Part shown: piece after piece, positions 30,449 to 51,358 of the stretch
Numbering within the stretch: the first letter of the stretch is position 1
Layout: each line of letters starts with the position of its first letter
From: the human T2T-CHM13v2.0 reference genome, Homo sapiens
Assembly (NCBI RefSeq): GCF_009914755.1
Contig: NC_060925.1
Length of the DNA: 64,000 nt
Strand: one strand, 5' to 3'
Position numbers and translations under genes: made by a program
Notes under the pieces: model-generated
What the model was told of the DNA's origin: nothing
Database searches by the model: none
What the model saw: the letters and a program-made list of their open reading frames with translations, nothing else

Positions 30449-31017
30449 TGAAGCCACATCGATAAACTTTATAAATTTAATCAGTGAAGAAGGGAGGGAG
30501 AGAAACAAAAATAAACCAAGCTTGGAACACATTCAGCATTCATCAGGAGGTCTTCTTGCTCTCTGACCTGGTTCCTCATGGTTGCTGGCAACCTACTGTT
30601 CCAAAATCATATAGACCTTAGATTACAGTTCCCCTTAACTTCCCTGCAGACAACCATTTAAGCATTGTAAAACATTAACTTTTTCATCTGAGATATTCTT
30701 TCAGGTTCTGCATGTCAGTGAATCTACTGATGCCAGCTGATCTGAAGGGCCCTGCAATACACCAACTCACCAAAGAATGCAGTTTCTACATCCTGTTGAC
30801 TTCTTCCCTCTTACCGCTACCCCAACTTTCCGGCCCCTTGCTATCCAGGATCCACTGGAAACCCTCAGTACTCCTTGGGGAGATGAATTTGAGGATCTCC
30901 TCCTAGCTTCTCATTCAGCCACCTTGTGATCATTAAACTCTCTGCTGCAAACCCTGCTGTCTCAGAATATTGCTAAGCTACTGTGCAGCAGGCATAGGAA
31001 CCTGATGGTCCTGTAAT
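30449..31017 (+). mobile_element. ERV1 (MER4-group, possibly LTR35-like) solo LTR
   Basis: Starts TGAAGCC...aaactttataaatttaatcag; contains ggggagatgaatttgag and attaaactctctgctgcaa U5-type motifs. Family name recalled and unverified. Confidence 0.5.
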
Positions 31018-32523
31018 AAAGTCATGTCAAAATTACAAATGGAAGTGAGGGTGGAGCTGGTCAGGGTTGAGCTGGGTTTTTAATGGGAACCTGGGAGTGA
31101 ACCAAGACTTGCTGAACATGTTGGGGGTTATCGAGTGGGTGTAAGAGGAATCTATCTAACATTGCACTGATGCCCTTTTGGTTTTAATCCTCATGACCAA
31201 GTATGAGTCTTTCAAAACAATTTGTATAATCCTCCTTATTTTTCCTTTCAAAACCTTCAACTTCCTTTATCTCCCCAAATAATCTCACATCTATTCCCAT
31301 TTCTTTGCTTACTACATAATAAACATTTTTTTTACAGAGTCTTCTTCTCTGTTAAGTAGACCACATATGTTGTTGCCACACAAGATGAGCAACCTGGTTC
31401 TATGGACAGAAAGGGTCAAAAGGATCCCATTCCTCAACAGCTGGGGGTGATGTAAAGGTCATGGTTATTCTTTGTCATATCTGCACCTGCATATTGCCAG
31501 TGAAAACTTGCAGGTTACATTGGGCAGGCTTCCAAATTCACCACCTGTGGAAGGTCTTTTTCTTGGCTTACATCCTGTCCCTGAGTAAAGAATCTCATGG
31601 TGAGTTCATGAGTGCCTCAAACTCTGCAAGTATTGATGAAGGCTTCCACCCACTGACAGTGAGAAGGCACTGATTTGCTTCTGATCATGAAGTTTTGCTG
31701 GTTGTCTTGCAAGGAATATGTTTTATTCTTTTATCGTGTCATCTAAAGCCAATGATTGTAACCTCTGTATTGTCTCTTCCAATGGAAAAAACAAAAACAA
31801 AAACTCAACTCTATTTGAGCCTTGTCAGGTCAATAAAACAAAAGAAAATTTAAAAAAATAATTGATAGGAGGAGTCCCATTCCCAGCCTGGGCAATAGAG
31901 TGAGACTCCATCTGAAAAGAAAAAAAAAAAAGGCCGGGCACGGTGGTGGCTCACACCTGTTATCCCAGCACTTCAGGCCAAGGCAGGTAGATCCCGATGC
32001 CAAAAAATTGAGACCATCCTAGCCAACATGGTGAAACCCTGTCTCTGCTAAAAATACAAAAATTAGCTGAGCATGGTGGCGCCCACCCATAGTCCTAGCT
32101 ACTCGAGAGACTGAGGCAGGAGAGTCGCTTGATCTCAGGAGGAGGAGGTTGCAGTCAGCCAAGATTTCACCACTGTACTGCAACTTGGTGACAGAGCGAG
32201 ACTCCATCTCAAAACAAACAAACAAGGAAACAAACACAAATGAACAAACAAAGGAAAAAGCTGGAAAAATAAATTCTGAAAGAATTTCCATCTCTATGAA
32301 TTCATCTTCAGAAGTGATAGCATTTCCTGCTTGGCATTTTTCGCCTACATTTTTGGCATAAGATCTATCAACAAAAAAGTATGAACCCAGGTTTGTGTAA
32401 TGGAATATCTTAAACATCAATAGGAGGAGTCAATAGTTCTGATGCCACACACACATATATGGTCTTCTCCATCATCAGAAAATGGCAACAAAGTGGTAGA
32501 GTTATGCAGAGTGTAGCATTTGA

Positions 32524-32751
<228 letters not shown>

Positions 32752-34551
32752 TAAATAGCCGGGACTACAGGTACATGCCACTACACCTGGCTAATTTTTT
32801 GTATTTTTAGTAAAGACGGGGTTTCACCATATTAACTAGGATGGTCTCAATCTCCTGACTTCGTGGTCTGCCTGCCTCGGCCTCCCAAAGTGCTGGGATT
32901 ACAGGCCTCAGCCACCATGCCTGGTCGGTTCACATCAAAATTTAAGAGGTATTCAATTGCATATGAAACTTGTAGGCAAAATTTATTTCTTTTTTCTTTA
33001 AAGCATTAATTTATTTATTTATAATGTATTTATTTATTAATTTTTTTTTGAGATGGAGTTTCATTCTTGTTTTCCAGGCTAGAGTTCAATGGTGTGATCT
33101 CAGCTCACTGCAACCTCTGCCTCCCGGTTCAAGTGATTCTCCTGCCTCAGTCTCCCAGTTAGCTGGAATTACAGGCACAGGCCACCACACACAGCTAGTT
33201 TTTGTATTTTTAGTAGAGACAGAGTTTCACCATGTTGCCCAGGCTGGTCTGGAACTCCTGACCACAGGTGATGCACCCACCTCGGCCTCTGAAAGTGCTG
33301 AGAGTACAGGTGTGAACCACCGTGCCCGGCCTACACTCATCACTTTTAATACTTTCTACATCACATGAGGAAGAAGAGCAGAAACACTTGAGTACTTCAT
33401 GAAGGTCAAGGTTGGTATGAGTTTGGGTTCTAATATGATCAATTTCTGCTTCTAGGGAACCAAGCAGCTCAGGTTAAGGAAGGTCAGGAAACTCTAGGGT
33501 TTTCTCTCCCTTCAAAGAAAGCTTTACGTATCACCTTAATGGAGAAAGCAAATCTCATCCCCATGTTGTCACCTAATAAAAAGCCATACTTTCCTAAAAA
33601 TGGTCCAAATGTCATTTGGACTGCTTTGAACACAGGAATTTTCTGAGCTTCATGTGAAGCTTTCAGTGAATTTCATGTGAATTCACTCCTGGTCCAATGA
33701 AGCCATTTCCTGGCATGGCCAAAGATCAGGAACGGATTCCTCTGGATCTGTCCATTAGGAGTGAGCAGGGTCTCAGTATCTGGGGAGCAGTGAGGGCCCC
33801 TGAGAAGAGGGTAGGTTTCAGTGGCTCATCATCACTGCCCACACAGAATGTTCCAGGCCCCAAGTGTGCATCCTTTGTGAATGAACCCAGTGAACAGGCA
33901 TGGGAGAAATTAAGGAAGAAACAGATGACTGAAAGGAAGCAAAAAATGAGTGAGAACTAATCAAAATGATCACATTTCAGTTTTGATGCCTTGATTTGCT
34001 GCAGCTGAACCTCAATCACAGATGACGTAGTACCTCTCATCAGTAACTAGAGATTTCTGATATATAAATGGCTAAAACAGGTTGATCAATCATGGAAGAC
34101 ACCAGAAAGTTTCCATTCAGGTTCCATTTATTTTTGACAGTTTTAAATAACCATCCTTGCGAGGGTAACTCCTGCATCATTCTAGAACTTCAGGTTCCAT
34201 TTCTGAGTCTAGGAAACAGGTCCCTGAAGGCTTTATTGATGCCAAGTCAGCATTTTCACCAAGTCCTGCCCCCAGCTGAGTCACCTTTGTTTTTCCACTC
34301 ACAGTCAGCACGTGCCTGAAACACATGACCGTGTGCTTCCTTTAAGATGCACCTGACCGGGCCAGGCTGCTCATGCCTGTAAACCCGGCACTGTGGAAGT
34401 CCAAGGTAGTCAGATCACTTGAGGTCAGGAGTTTGAGGCCAGCCTCCTCCAACATCGTGAAACCCTGTCTCTACTAAAAATACAAAAATTACACTTTGGG
34501 AGGCCGAGGCGGGTGGATCACGAGGTCAGGAGATCGAGACCATCTTGGCTA

Positions 34552-34909
<358 letters not shown>

Positions 34910-34994
34910 TCAAAAAAAAAAAGCACCTGTGTCCTAGATTTTAGTGCCCAAGGGTCCAGAAGAAAGCGTATCCATCCCACTAGCCAGGCCTTCC

Positions 34995-37835
34995 CTAAGA
35001 GCAAAGATGGAGGTCCACTTTCTCAGATGGCCATGAGCCACAGGAAGGGCAGGGGACGGGACCAAAAAAGATCCTCTTGGGCTGCCTGACTTCCCTGAGT
35101 GTACACATCAGCTCAGCCCGAATTGGGGCAAGGATCTCCCAATTGGCATGACCCCTGTTGTCAAGACTCTCCAGACGGGAAGGATACAACTCCAGGCCTA
35201 ACTTGCTCAGCCCGCCTGTGTGACACAGCAGGTCTTTCAGAGCATTCATGGAAGTCTCGTTTCCTTGAAAGTAGAAGGTGGTGAGCTGGGAGCAGTGGCT
35301 CAGGGCAGGCAGGAGGACCCTGAGTTGGGAGTCCTGGATCTGACAGTCCTTTAATGTGAGGGTCTCAAGAGTAGCAGCAACTTTCTCTAGCAGAGCTCCA
35401 AGGGGCTCAAGATTGGTAGTCCACATTAGGATATGAATCAGACGCAGCTCCTTTAGCTGACTGAGGCTTGGGTACTGAGACAGACACTCCATGTCCCGAT
35501 CAGCTAGGTAAGCATCACTGAATATAAAGGCCCCCAAGAGGTTCTTGAGGCACCTGGGGAGAGCAAGAAATTAGTTATGGGCAATGGTGCCAGTTAGAGG
35601 AGAGGGGTGGGAAATCATCTCAATGGTAAACTTGAAGTGGGCATTGAGTAATTCTGCACCTTACTACCACACAGGTGTTATAGTAACTGCAATGGGGAAG
35701 CCTGTTTCACCCAAACACAAGTTTGTTCCCATCATCAGATGATGGTCTGTGTGCAAGGTGCTGCCTGATGAAGACTCAGATCATTCAGGGGCAGCTCCAT
35801 TTTAGGCTCAGTCCTTTCAGCCTTGCTTGTGTGATTGGTTCAAGGCCACAAAATCTTTAAAGCCTCTTTACTGCATCTTTCAGCAGACAACCTCATCTCT
35901 GGGCCAGAGGAGCCCAGTGGGAGATGTGCACAAAGAACTCAACTGAGCAAGGTCTAGGGACATCAGCTAGGGCCACCTGCCTGCAAAGGTTCCCTGACGT
36001 GCCCACGTCTGCAAACCACCTATCACTTTATACCACTCTCCTGCCTACTCCCTCACCTCTGTCCAAGAAGCATGCTTTTCTCATGTCAACTACTTTTCCT
36101 GGGGTTCAAAAGAACCTTTTACAGACAGAGAATTAGAGACAGGATCATTGGTGTTTACTAAGCTGTGAGGACGGAGCTTCTACTGTGAAACGCACAGGTT
36201 TGATGCACTTTCCCTTCTTTCATACTCTCCTCTATATGAAGAGTAAGTTTCATCATATTAACTTCAAACGCACTTCCTAAAAAGGAATTCACAAATGCAC
36301 CCTCCCTAGATCTGAACCCCTGACTAACTAGATCCCTGCATGTCTCTCTCTGTAGCATCTGGCCCGGGCCATCCCTCTGCCCTTATTTGAGCGGGTTTGT
36401 GATACCCACTTCAGGATATAGAGCACTGAACAGCATAATGAGTTGACATTCTAGCGTCCCATTCCCTGTGACATCACCAGTGGCTGGCACACAGTAGATG
36501 CCCACTAGCGTTTACTGTGAAAAAGAACAAAACTCTGTGGTATGGTCTGCAGAGAAAGCTCACCATCCTTTCTTACCTGAGCAGGTGCTCCAGGTCTTTG
36601 ATATTATTGACCTTTCTTATATAAAGCATCTGAGGGTAGGACAGGCAGAGGAATGGACAGTCCAAGTCAGGAACGAACTATTGTTGGCCGCTTACATATA
36701 ACTCACTGTCATAACCGAAGGCTAAAAAGAGTTTGCGAAGATTGCTCATCTGGCTCAGGTAAGGGGCAAACTTTCCTGTTTTATTCAGAGAGCACTTTCT
36801 CCTAACTTCCAACTGCTAGATACTGTCTGGGTATACCCTTTTCAATAAATTTCTGAAACTTGAAGTGGGCATTGAGTAATTCTGCACCTTATTACAGCAC
36901 AGGTGCACTAGACCTCTTCTGTAGTGGATCTACCCACAGAGGTAGCTCAGGCATTCATCCAGTGTACTTTTCTTTAGGCAGCGGTCTATGAACACCTTCA
37001 AGGGCTGGCACTCTCCCATCCTTGGACAGTCCTCCACTGTCTGCCTTTTACTCATGGCCTCTGGGGAGCAGGAGAGGACCTTGGCTCCAGACCATATGGT
37101 CCAGAAATTCCCATCAACATCCCGCAAATCCAGCACTTGAAGTTTCCACCTCCTGTGAGTAACACAGGGGAAAAGCTCAGAATGTAGGCAAGGACCCACC
37201 CCTGACCTGAGCTTTCACTCCACATCCAGGACATCAGTCAGCTGCTCCTGTCCTCAGTGCTCCTCCTTCTGTCTCTTCTCCATCCCGCTCCCCCTTGGGT
37301 TCTGCCTGGTTCTCACTTCTAGAATCTTTACGTTCCACTGGGAGAAAGCAGGTTCCTGTTTCCTCAGTGGACCCTGTATGGTGAGCAGTCCTTTCCCAGA
37401 GGATCTGGGCAATGGTCAAGGCCTCTCATGGGCACCATCAGAAGCCTCTGAGCCACCCTAGCTCCCCAACCCCACCACTCCTCCTGAGCCAGCTGTCCCT
37501 TCCCTGGATGCCTGGACCCTTCCCACCAGGCCACCTGAGTCACCTCACCTGAGGCAAACCTTCTGGGCCAGCAGTGTATCAAGTCCCTTCAGCACAGCTT
37601 GCAAGGTCTCCAGATGAGGTGTCTTCATCAGGGATCCCAGAGGGAGGTGGAGGAAGGACCAGGCCTGCACCATCAGCTTCAGGGCCTCACAGCGTCTCCT
37701 GCTGACGGCCTCCATGAACATCAGAGGGAAGACCTCCCTGGGCAGCTCGTCCAGGATGAAGATGGTCAAGAACTGGTTCCTCAGTAGGCTCTGCCCTGCC
37801 AGCTCCAGGAGTCTGGATGGGGACTGGAGGCTCAT
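34995..37835 (-). pseudogene. PRAMEF17/10-type unprocessed pseudogene (exons 37835-37549, 37152-36577, 35553-34995); probably the PRAMEF31P-type unit
   Basis: Starts [23 protein letters not shown]. Coding splice sites are canonical. Three in-frame TAG codons in the middle exon at 36932-36930, 36818-36816 and 36680-36678. First and last coding exons are open. Confidence 0.9.
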
Positions 37836-38792
37836 TCTGACAAATCTGCAAGGAAAAACTCTAGAGGACAATCCAGTGAAAAGGCAAGTTTCTCAGGCCA
37901 ATCCCCTGCAATCCCCGCTTCTCCTAGGGCCAAAGTCATTTCTCTAGCATGTGTGAAAGAGCCCTCAGTTTACTCCAATTCCATTCTGCAATAAGTGGCC
38001 ACAGAGGCATAGTTCTGCCCTTCTGGTACTAAGAAGAGTGTGTCCCAACCTCTAAAGAGCAGGCAAGATCCCTCCTATAGGGTCCATGAATTATTAGCCA
38101 CTGCACTACTACACTGATAGCACTGGGAAGTGTTAGCAAGGATCTTTGAAGCTCAGATCTCCACTTTTTTGAGAAAACAAAATGTCTTCTTGGCCAGGCA
38201 CTGTGGCTCATGCCTGTAATCCCAGCACTTTAGGAGCCCAAGGTGGGCGGATCATGAGGTCAGGAGATCGAGACCAGCCCGGCCAACATGGTGAAATACC
38301 ATCTGTACCGAAAGAAAATATTAGCTGGGTGTGGTGGTCCCTGCCTGTAATCCCAGCTACTTGGGAAGCTGAGGCAGGAGAATCTCTCAACCCGAGGTCC
38401 AGAGTTTGCAGTGAGCCAAAATCTAGCCACTGCATTCCAGCCTGGGTGGCAGAGTGAGACTCTGTCTCAAAAAAAAAAAAAAAAAAAAAGTAAAGGGAAG
38501 CCAAGCATGGCGGCTTACAGCTGTAATCCCAACACTTTGGGAAGCCAAGGCAGAACAATCACTTGAGCCCAGGAGTTCCAGACCAGCCAGGGCAACATAG
38601 TGATAGCCCATGTCTACTAGACTCTACTAGAATATTAAGTAATTATCTGAGCATTGTGGCACATGCCTATAGTCTCAGCTACTCTGCACATGGAGGTGGG
38701 AGGATGGCTTGAGCCTGGGAAGCAGAGGTTTCAGTTATCTGAGATTTTGCCACCACACTCCAGCCTGGGCAACAGAGAAAGACCCTGTCTCA

Positions 38793-38839
<47 letters not shown>
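38793..38839 (+). repeat. (TAA)n microsatellite derived from an Alu tail
   Basis: About 15 perfect TAA units. Confidence 0.9.
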
Positions 38840-38841
<2 letters not shown>

Positions 38842-39500
38842 CACTTTGGGATTGAGTCTAGGGGAAGAAATGGATCCTACATTCAAAACAAAGACTCTAC
38901 TCTTGAAAATAGTGTATGGGGCCAGACATGGTGGCTCATGCCTGTAATCCCAAGACTTTAGGAGACAAGGTGGGGGGTTTGCTTGAGTCCAGGTGTTCCA
39001 GACCAGCCTGGCTTAACAAAGTGAGACCCCATCATTATAAAAAAATTTAATAGAACATAGTGGAAGGAATATCTTTATAATTTTAGTAAAAAACAAAGCC
39101 TATCTTTCAAAATCACAATAGCATTCTTGGGTGGGGTGACTCTTGCCTGTAATCCCAGCACTTTGGGAGGCTAAGGGCTGGCAGATTACATGGAGTCCAG
39201 GGGTTCCAGACCAGCCTGGGCAATATGGTACAACCCCATCTCTACTAAAAATACAATTAGCCAGGCCTCATGGTGTGGGTCTGTAATCCCAGCTACTGGG
39301 AAGGCTGAGGTGAGAAGATCCCTTGAATACAGGAGACAGAGGTTGCACTGAGGCAATTATCACACCACTGCAGTACAGCTGGGTGACAGAGTGAGACTTT
39401 GTCTCAAGAAATTAAAATCATAATAACATAGTCTATAAACTGCAAATTAAGAGCACACAATCTACAAATTTTAAATGTCAAGGAATCAGACATTAATTAA

Positions 39501-39737
<237 letters not shown>

Positions 39738-40165
39738 TGATGCACCCACCTTGGTCTCCCAAAGTGCTGGGATTACAGGCATGAGCTGCTGTCCCTGGCC
39801 CAGTTGGATTCTTTTTTAGTTCTTTGGTTAAGAATTTTGGAATGACATAAAACAAAGCACAAATACATTTTTTTTTCCTTTTTAAGGCAGAGTCTTGCTG
39901 GGTCACCCAGGTGTGCACCACCATGCCCGGCTAATGTTTGCATTTTAAGTAGAGATGGAGTTGGCCTCATGTGATCTGGCTGCCTTGGCCTTTCAAGGTT
40001 GCTGGAATTACAGGTGTGAGCCATCACGGGAGTCTCAGCTACTTGGAAGGCTGAGTAGGGAGGATCCGTTGAGCGTGGGGGGCAGAGGTTGCAGTGAGGT
40101 GAGGAGTTTGAGAGCAGTGTGGCCAACATGGCAAAATCTCATCTCTACTAAAAATACAAAAATTA

Positions 40166-40405
<240 letters not shown>

Positions 40406-40641
40406 TCACTTGAGAGGTCAGGAGTTCAAGACCAGCCTGGCCAACATGGTGAAAACTTACCTCTACTAAAAATACAAAATCAGGGCTGGGCACGGTGGCT
40501 CACACCTGTAATCCCAGCACTTTGGGAGGCCGAGGCGGGCGGATCACGAAGTCAGGAGTTTGAGACAAGCCTGGCCAACATGGTGAAATCCCATCTCTAC
40601 TAAAAATACAAAAATTAGCCAGGTGTGATGGTGGTTGCCTA

Positions 40642-41194
<553 letters not shown>

Positions 41195-41559
41195 GTGCCA
41201 TTGCCCTGCAGCCAGCGCAAGAGTGACGCTCCGTCTCAAAAAAAAAAAAAAAAAAAAAAAAAAAGAAGCTTATCAAGCCCTGAAGCAATATGGGAAAAAA
41301 AAAATACAAAATTTAGTCAGGCATAGTGGTGGGCGCCTGTCATTCCAGATAGTAGGGAGGCTGAGGCAGGAGAATCACTTGATCCGGGAGGCGGAGGTTG
41401 CAGTGAACCAGGATCGCACCACTGCACTCCAGCCTGGGTGACAGAGCAAGTTTGTCTCAAAAAAATAAAATAAAAGAGAACTTTGAGATGGCATAAACTA
41501 AAACAGAAATAAAATATTTGGAGAGTGGCTGGGCGTGGTGGTTCATGCCTGTAATCTCA

Positions 41560-41900
<341 letters not shown>

Positions 41901-42013
41901 TCATCTGAAAAACAGACAGGAGAATTCTCTGTGTCGTCTTGACCTCCGTGTCGTCATCCTGACTGTCTGACTGTGGGTCATAGGAGTGCCCTTTGTGGAG
42001 GTCCCTGACTTAT

Positions 42014-42300
42014 CAGATCTGGACTCACTTTGCAGTGTGCTCGGATCTTGTGGAGAACCAAGCAGTAACTCCAGGCACCACAGCTCTGGGTCTCTTCTGG
42101 GGGTGCTCACAAGCTTTCTTGAACCTTTCTCATCACACCTCCCCTTTTCAACCACCAGCTTCCCATCAGAGAGTGATGCCTGATTGGATTTCTGAAGCTC
42201 CACCCAGTTAAGCCTGTGAATTCAGGTGTCCATTCAATCCCTTGGATATCCAATCATGAAATTGAAAGTGTTGGGATTAGAATGCAGGTCAAGAATTCAT
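42014..42300 (-). promoter_or_regulatory. Promoter and non-coding exon 1 of the PRAMEF17-type pseudogene
   Basis: Reverse-complement homolog of 54640-55220. The usual donor reads AGATCTG|ataagt (GT to AT). An upstream aaa|gtgagt donor is intact. Confidence 0.7.
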
Positions 42301-43197
42301 TTTGATAACGTTGATCCAGCCAAAGTTCTCTGAACCATAAAGCTTTCAGGTTTTGTTTTTGTGTCTAATCTCAGGAGCAGATTGAACCCTTCCCTGTCTC
42401 AAACTCAAAAATAGGAAGGAAGGTCACATATTAGTACAATTCATTCTCTGTGGAGGGCATTAATGAATGAATTCTTGACTTCCACCCTAATCCTAACAAA
42501 CACTGATGGAATTTACTAAGGGACTGACTGATAAGGTGGATGGTGTGTGCCTGTAATCCCATTGAGCAATTCATATTGAGGAATTATTTTCTTATTTTGC
42601 TGAGAATATTTTTAAAATCCTGAATGAGTCATTGAATTTTTTCAAATGTTTTTCGTACATCAATTAAGATGATCATTTTCTGGTGCTTTTATTCTATTTT
42701 TTGTTTAAATACGTTGGTTGAATTTTTTTTTTTTTTTTTTTTGGGGGGAGACAGAGTCTCGCTCTGTGGTCCTGGCTGGAGTGCAGTGGCGTGATCTCGG
42801 CTCACTGCAACCTCCATCTTCTGAGTTCAAGCAATTCTCCTGCCTCAGCCTCCTGAGTGGCTGGGATTACAAATGTGCACCATCACGCCTGGCTAATTTT
42901 TGTATTTTTACTAGAGACAGCGTTTCCCATGTTGCCCAGGCTGGTCTTGAACTTGTAATCTCTGGTGATCTGCCCACCTCGGCCTCCCAAAGTTGTTGGG
43001 AGTGCAGGCGTGAGCCACTGCACGTGGCCCAATCATGCATGTTTGGTTGATATTCAAATGTTAAAACCATTTTCATTGTCCCTTTGTTCACTTTTATAAA
43101 TTGTTGGAAGACACATAGGTGGATGGGATTGGAAGGAGAAGAGTGGAGAGGCAGGTGGCCCTAAAGTGGGTGGAAGGTACATATGCCTTCATTTTAC

Positions 43198-45026
<1,829 letters not shown>

Positions 45027-45129
45027 TTACTATTATATTTTTCAACTGCATACATATTATATGTGTGTATTTACTATATACAGTGTTCTGTTGGTATGTA
45101 TCATTTATTTTACTACTTATTTATTTTAA

Positions 45130-46430
<1,301 letters not shown>

Positions 46431-46626
46431 CTTCTTTTTTTGGATACGGAGTCTTGCTCTGTCACCAGGCTGGAGTGCAGTGGCACGATCTCAGCTCACT
46501 GCAACCTCTGCTTCCTGGGTTCAAGGAATCTCCTGCCTCAGCCTCCCAAGTAGCTGGAACTACAGGCATCCCCCACCACACCCAGCTAATTTTCGGTAGA
46601 GACAGGGTTTTACCTTGTTGGCCAGC

Positions 46627-47570
46627 AATAAGGAAATGATTCAGAACAGCTGGGCTCCCAACTAAACCCACCCTCAATCCTGGAAACTCGGCCCTAAGTG
46701 AAAACAGCTAACCCCATTTTTCTGCCCAAATGATTGCCCTTTTGGCCTTCCTCACACCCTATCCTGGGCCCATAAAAAGACCAGCTGGCAGAGCAACACA
46801 AGCGGCTGCTGCAAGTGGTTGGGGATGCAAGATGCTGAGCATCGGAATACAAGTGGCTGAACGTTGGGGATACAAGCAGATGAGCATTAAAGCCTACAGA
46901 GAGATGCAGCTAACTTCAGATGGTGTGGCTTCAGGGGAAGATCACCTTCTTGCTGCACCATCCCCTTTCTTTTTTTTTTTTTTTTTGAGACGGAGTCTCA
47001 CTCTGTTGCCCAGGCTGGAGTGCAGTGGCGTGATCTCAGCTCACTGCTCACTGCAAGCTCTGCCTCCTGGGCTTAAGAGATTCTCCTGCCTCAGCCTCCC
47101 AAGTAGCTGGGATTACAGTCACCCGCCACCACGCCCAGCTAATTTTTTTGCATTTTTATTTGAGATGGGGTTTCACCATGTTGGCCAGGCTGGTCTCGAG
47201 CTCCTGACCTCAGGTGATCCATCTGCCTCAGCCTCCCACAGCCTTCCAAAGTGCTGGGATTACAGGCTTGAGCCACTGCGCCTGGCAGCACCATCCCCTT
47301 TCTAACTCCCCTTTCCACTGAGAGCCACATTTATCACCCAATAAAATCCTTCACTTATGCTACTCTTTAAATAGCTAATGTGACCTGGTTCTTCCTTTAC
47401 ACCGAATAAGAACTTGAGTGTCAAAAAGGGCAGGTGCGGGAAGCTGTCACTCTGACCATACACTGAGCTGTTCACACTCAGCCATCCACAGACTGCAGCC
47501 GGAGTGAAACAAACCACTCTAGTTCCTGCCCATGAAGAAGGTCAAAGTCAAGGGAACAATCCTGTCTCAG
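46627..47570 (+). mobile_element. LTR1/LTR27/LTR28-group LTR with a nested antisense Alu
   Basis: cccaccctcaatcctggaaac...cccataaaaagac...AATAAA at 47340. The nested Alu is flanked by a perfect 16-bp TSD gcaccatcccctttct at 46955-46970 and 47288-47303. Confidence 0.6.
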
Positions 47571-47655
47571 GAACACACTTTACTGGACAGGTTATCAAAC
47601 ACTTAAAGAAGATTTTACAAATTTAGTGGCACTACCATTGCCCTTGTTTTTCTCA

Positions 47656-48276
<621 letters not shown>

Positions 48277-48520
48277 TAGCCAGGATGGTGTCGATCTCCT
48301 GACCTCATGATCTGCCCGCCTCGGCCTCCCAAAGTGCTGGGATTACAGGCGTGAGCAGCCGTGCCCTGCTAACCAAAAGTTTTACTACTGAATTTTTTTT
48401 TTTTTTTTTTTGAGATAGAGTCCCCCGGCCGGGCGCGGTGGCTCACGCCTGTAATCCCAGCACTTTGGGAGGCAGAGGCAGGTGGATCATGAGGTCAGGA
48501 GATCGAGACCATCCTGGCTA

Positions 48521-49157
<637 letters not shown>

Positions 49158-49793
49158 TGAAGTGGCACGATCACGGCTTATTGCAGCCTTGACCTGCCAG
49201 TCTCAATCAATCCTCCAAATCAATCTCCTAAATAGCTAGGATTACAGGTGTGTGCCACCACACCTGGTTAGGTTTTGTGTTTTTTTATTTTTTTGTAGAG
49301 ACAGGGTTTCACCATGCTGCCCTGGCTGGTCACTAACTCCTGGCCTCTGGGCTTAAGCAATCTGCCTGACTCGGCCTCCAAAAGTTCTGGGATAACAGGT
49401 GTGAGCCACCAAGCAGGGCCTGGAAATTTATTTCTGTGCATAGAAAACCTTAGTGCAACTGGGTTGATCTAGGCAGTGTTCCAGACTCCCTCTGTAATCA
49501 GACTCTTTGGTTTGACACACATTATGGAGATTGGAAGCCAATGTGTAAGGGAAATAGATATAAAATTAGAACATGACCACTACTTAGGAGGCTGCAGCAG
49601 AAGGATCACTTGAGTCCAGGAGTTCAAGGCTGCTATGAGCTATGATTATGCCACTGAACTCTAGCCTCGGCAACAGAGTGAAGAAGACCTTATCTCAAAA
49701 AACAAAACAAAATAAAACAAAAACAAAAACAAAAACAAACAAACAAAACAACAGTCAGAGGTAGTAGTTCATGCCTGTAATCCCAGCACTTTA

Positions 49794-50039
<246 letters not shown>

Positions 50040-50132
50040 TCAAAGCAAAACAAAACAAAGCAAAACAAAACAAAACAAAACAACAAAACAAAACGAAACA
50101 ATACATGAGCATGATCATGTTACCCTCTACTA

Positions 50133-50536
<404 letters not shown>

Positions 50537-51042
50537 CTACTATATGAAATAAATAATAGCTTCTTTTGTTTGTTTGTGTTGTTTTTGTTTTTTTGAGACA
50601 GAGTCTCACTCTGTTGCCCAGGCTGGAGAGCAATGGCATGATCTTGGCTCACTGGAACCTCTGCCTCCTGGGTTCAAGCAGTTCTCCTGCCTCAGCCTCC
50701 AAGTAGCTAGGATTACAGGTGCTCTCCACCACACCTGGCTAATTTTTTGTATTTTCAGTAGAGACGAGGTTTTGCCATGTTGGCCAGGCTGGTCTGAAAC
50801 TCCTGAGCCCTAGTGATCCATCCACCTTGGCCTCCCAAAGTGTTGGGATTACAGGCGTGAGCCACTGCGCCCGGCCAATAGTTTGGTTTATTAGATGCAT
50901 CAATAATCAGGGCATTTTGTAGAGGAACCTACTTATCCTTTAATGGAGATAGCATGCAATGGCTACTTCATCTAATTCATTAAAATACTTTTTCTTCCTA
51001 CATTTATTTATTTATGTATTTATTTTATTTTATTTTTTTTGA

Positions 51043-51198
<156 letters not shown>

Positions 51199-51319
51199 TA
51201 GTAGAGATGGGGTTTCTCCATGTTGGTCAGGCTGGTCTTGAACTCCCGACCTCAGGTGATCCACCCACCTCGACCTCCCAAAGTGCTGGGATTACAGGTG
51301 TGAGCCACTGTGCCCAGCC

Positions 51320-51358
<39 letters not shown>

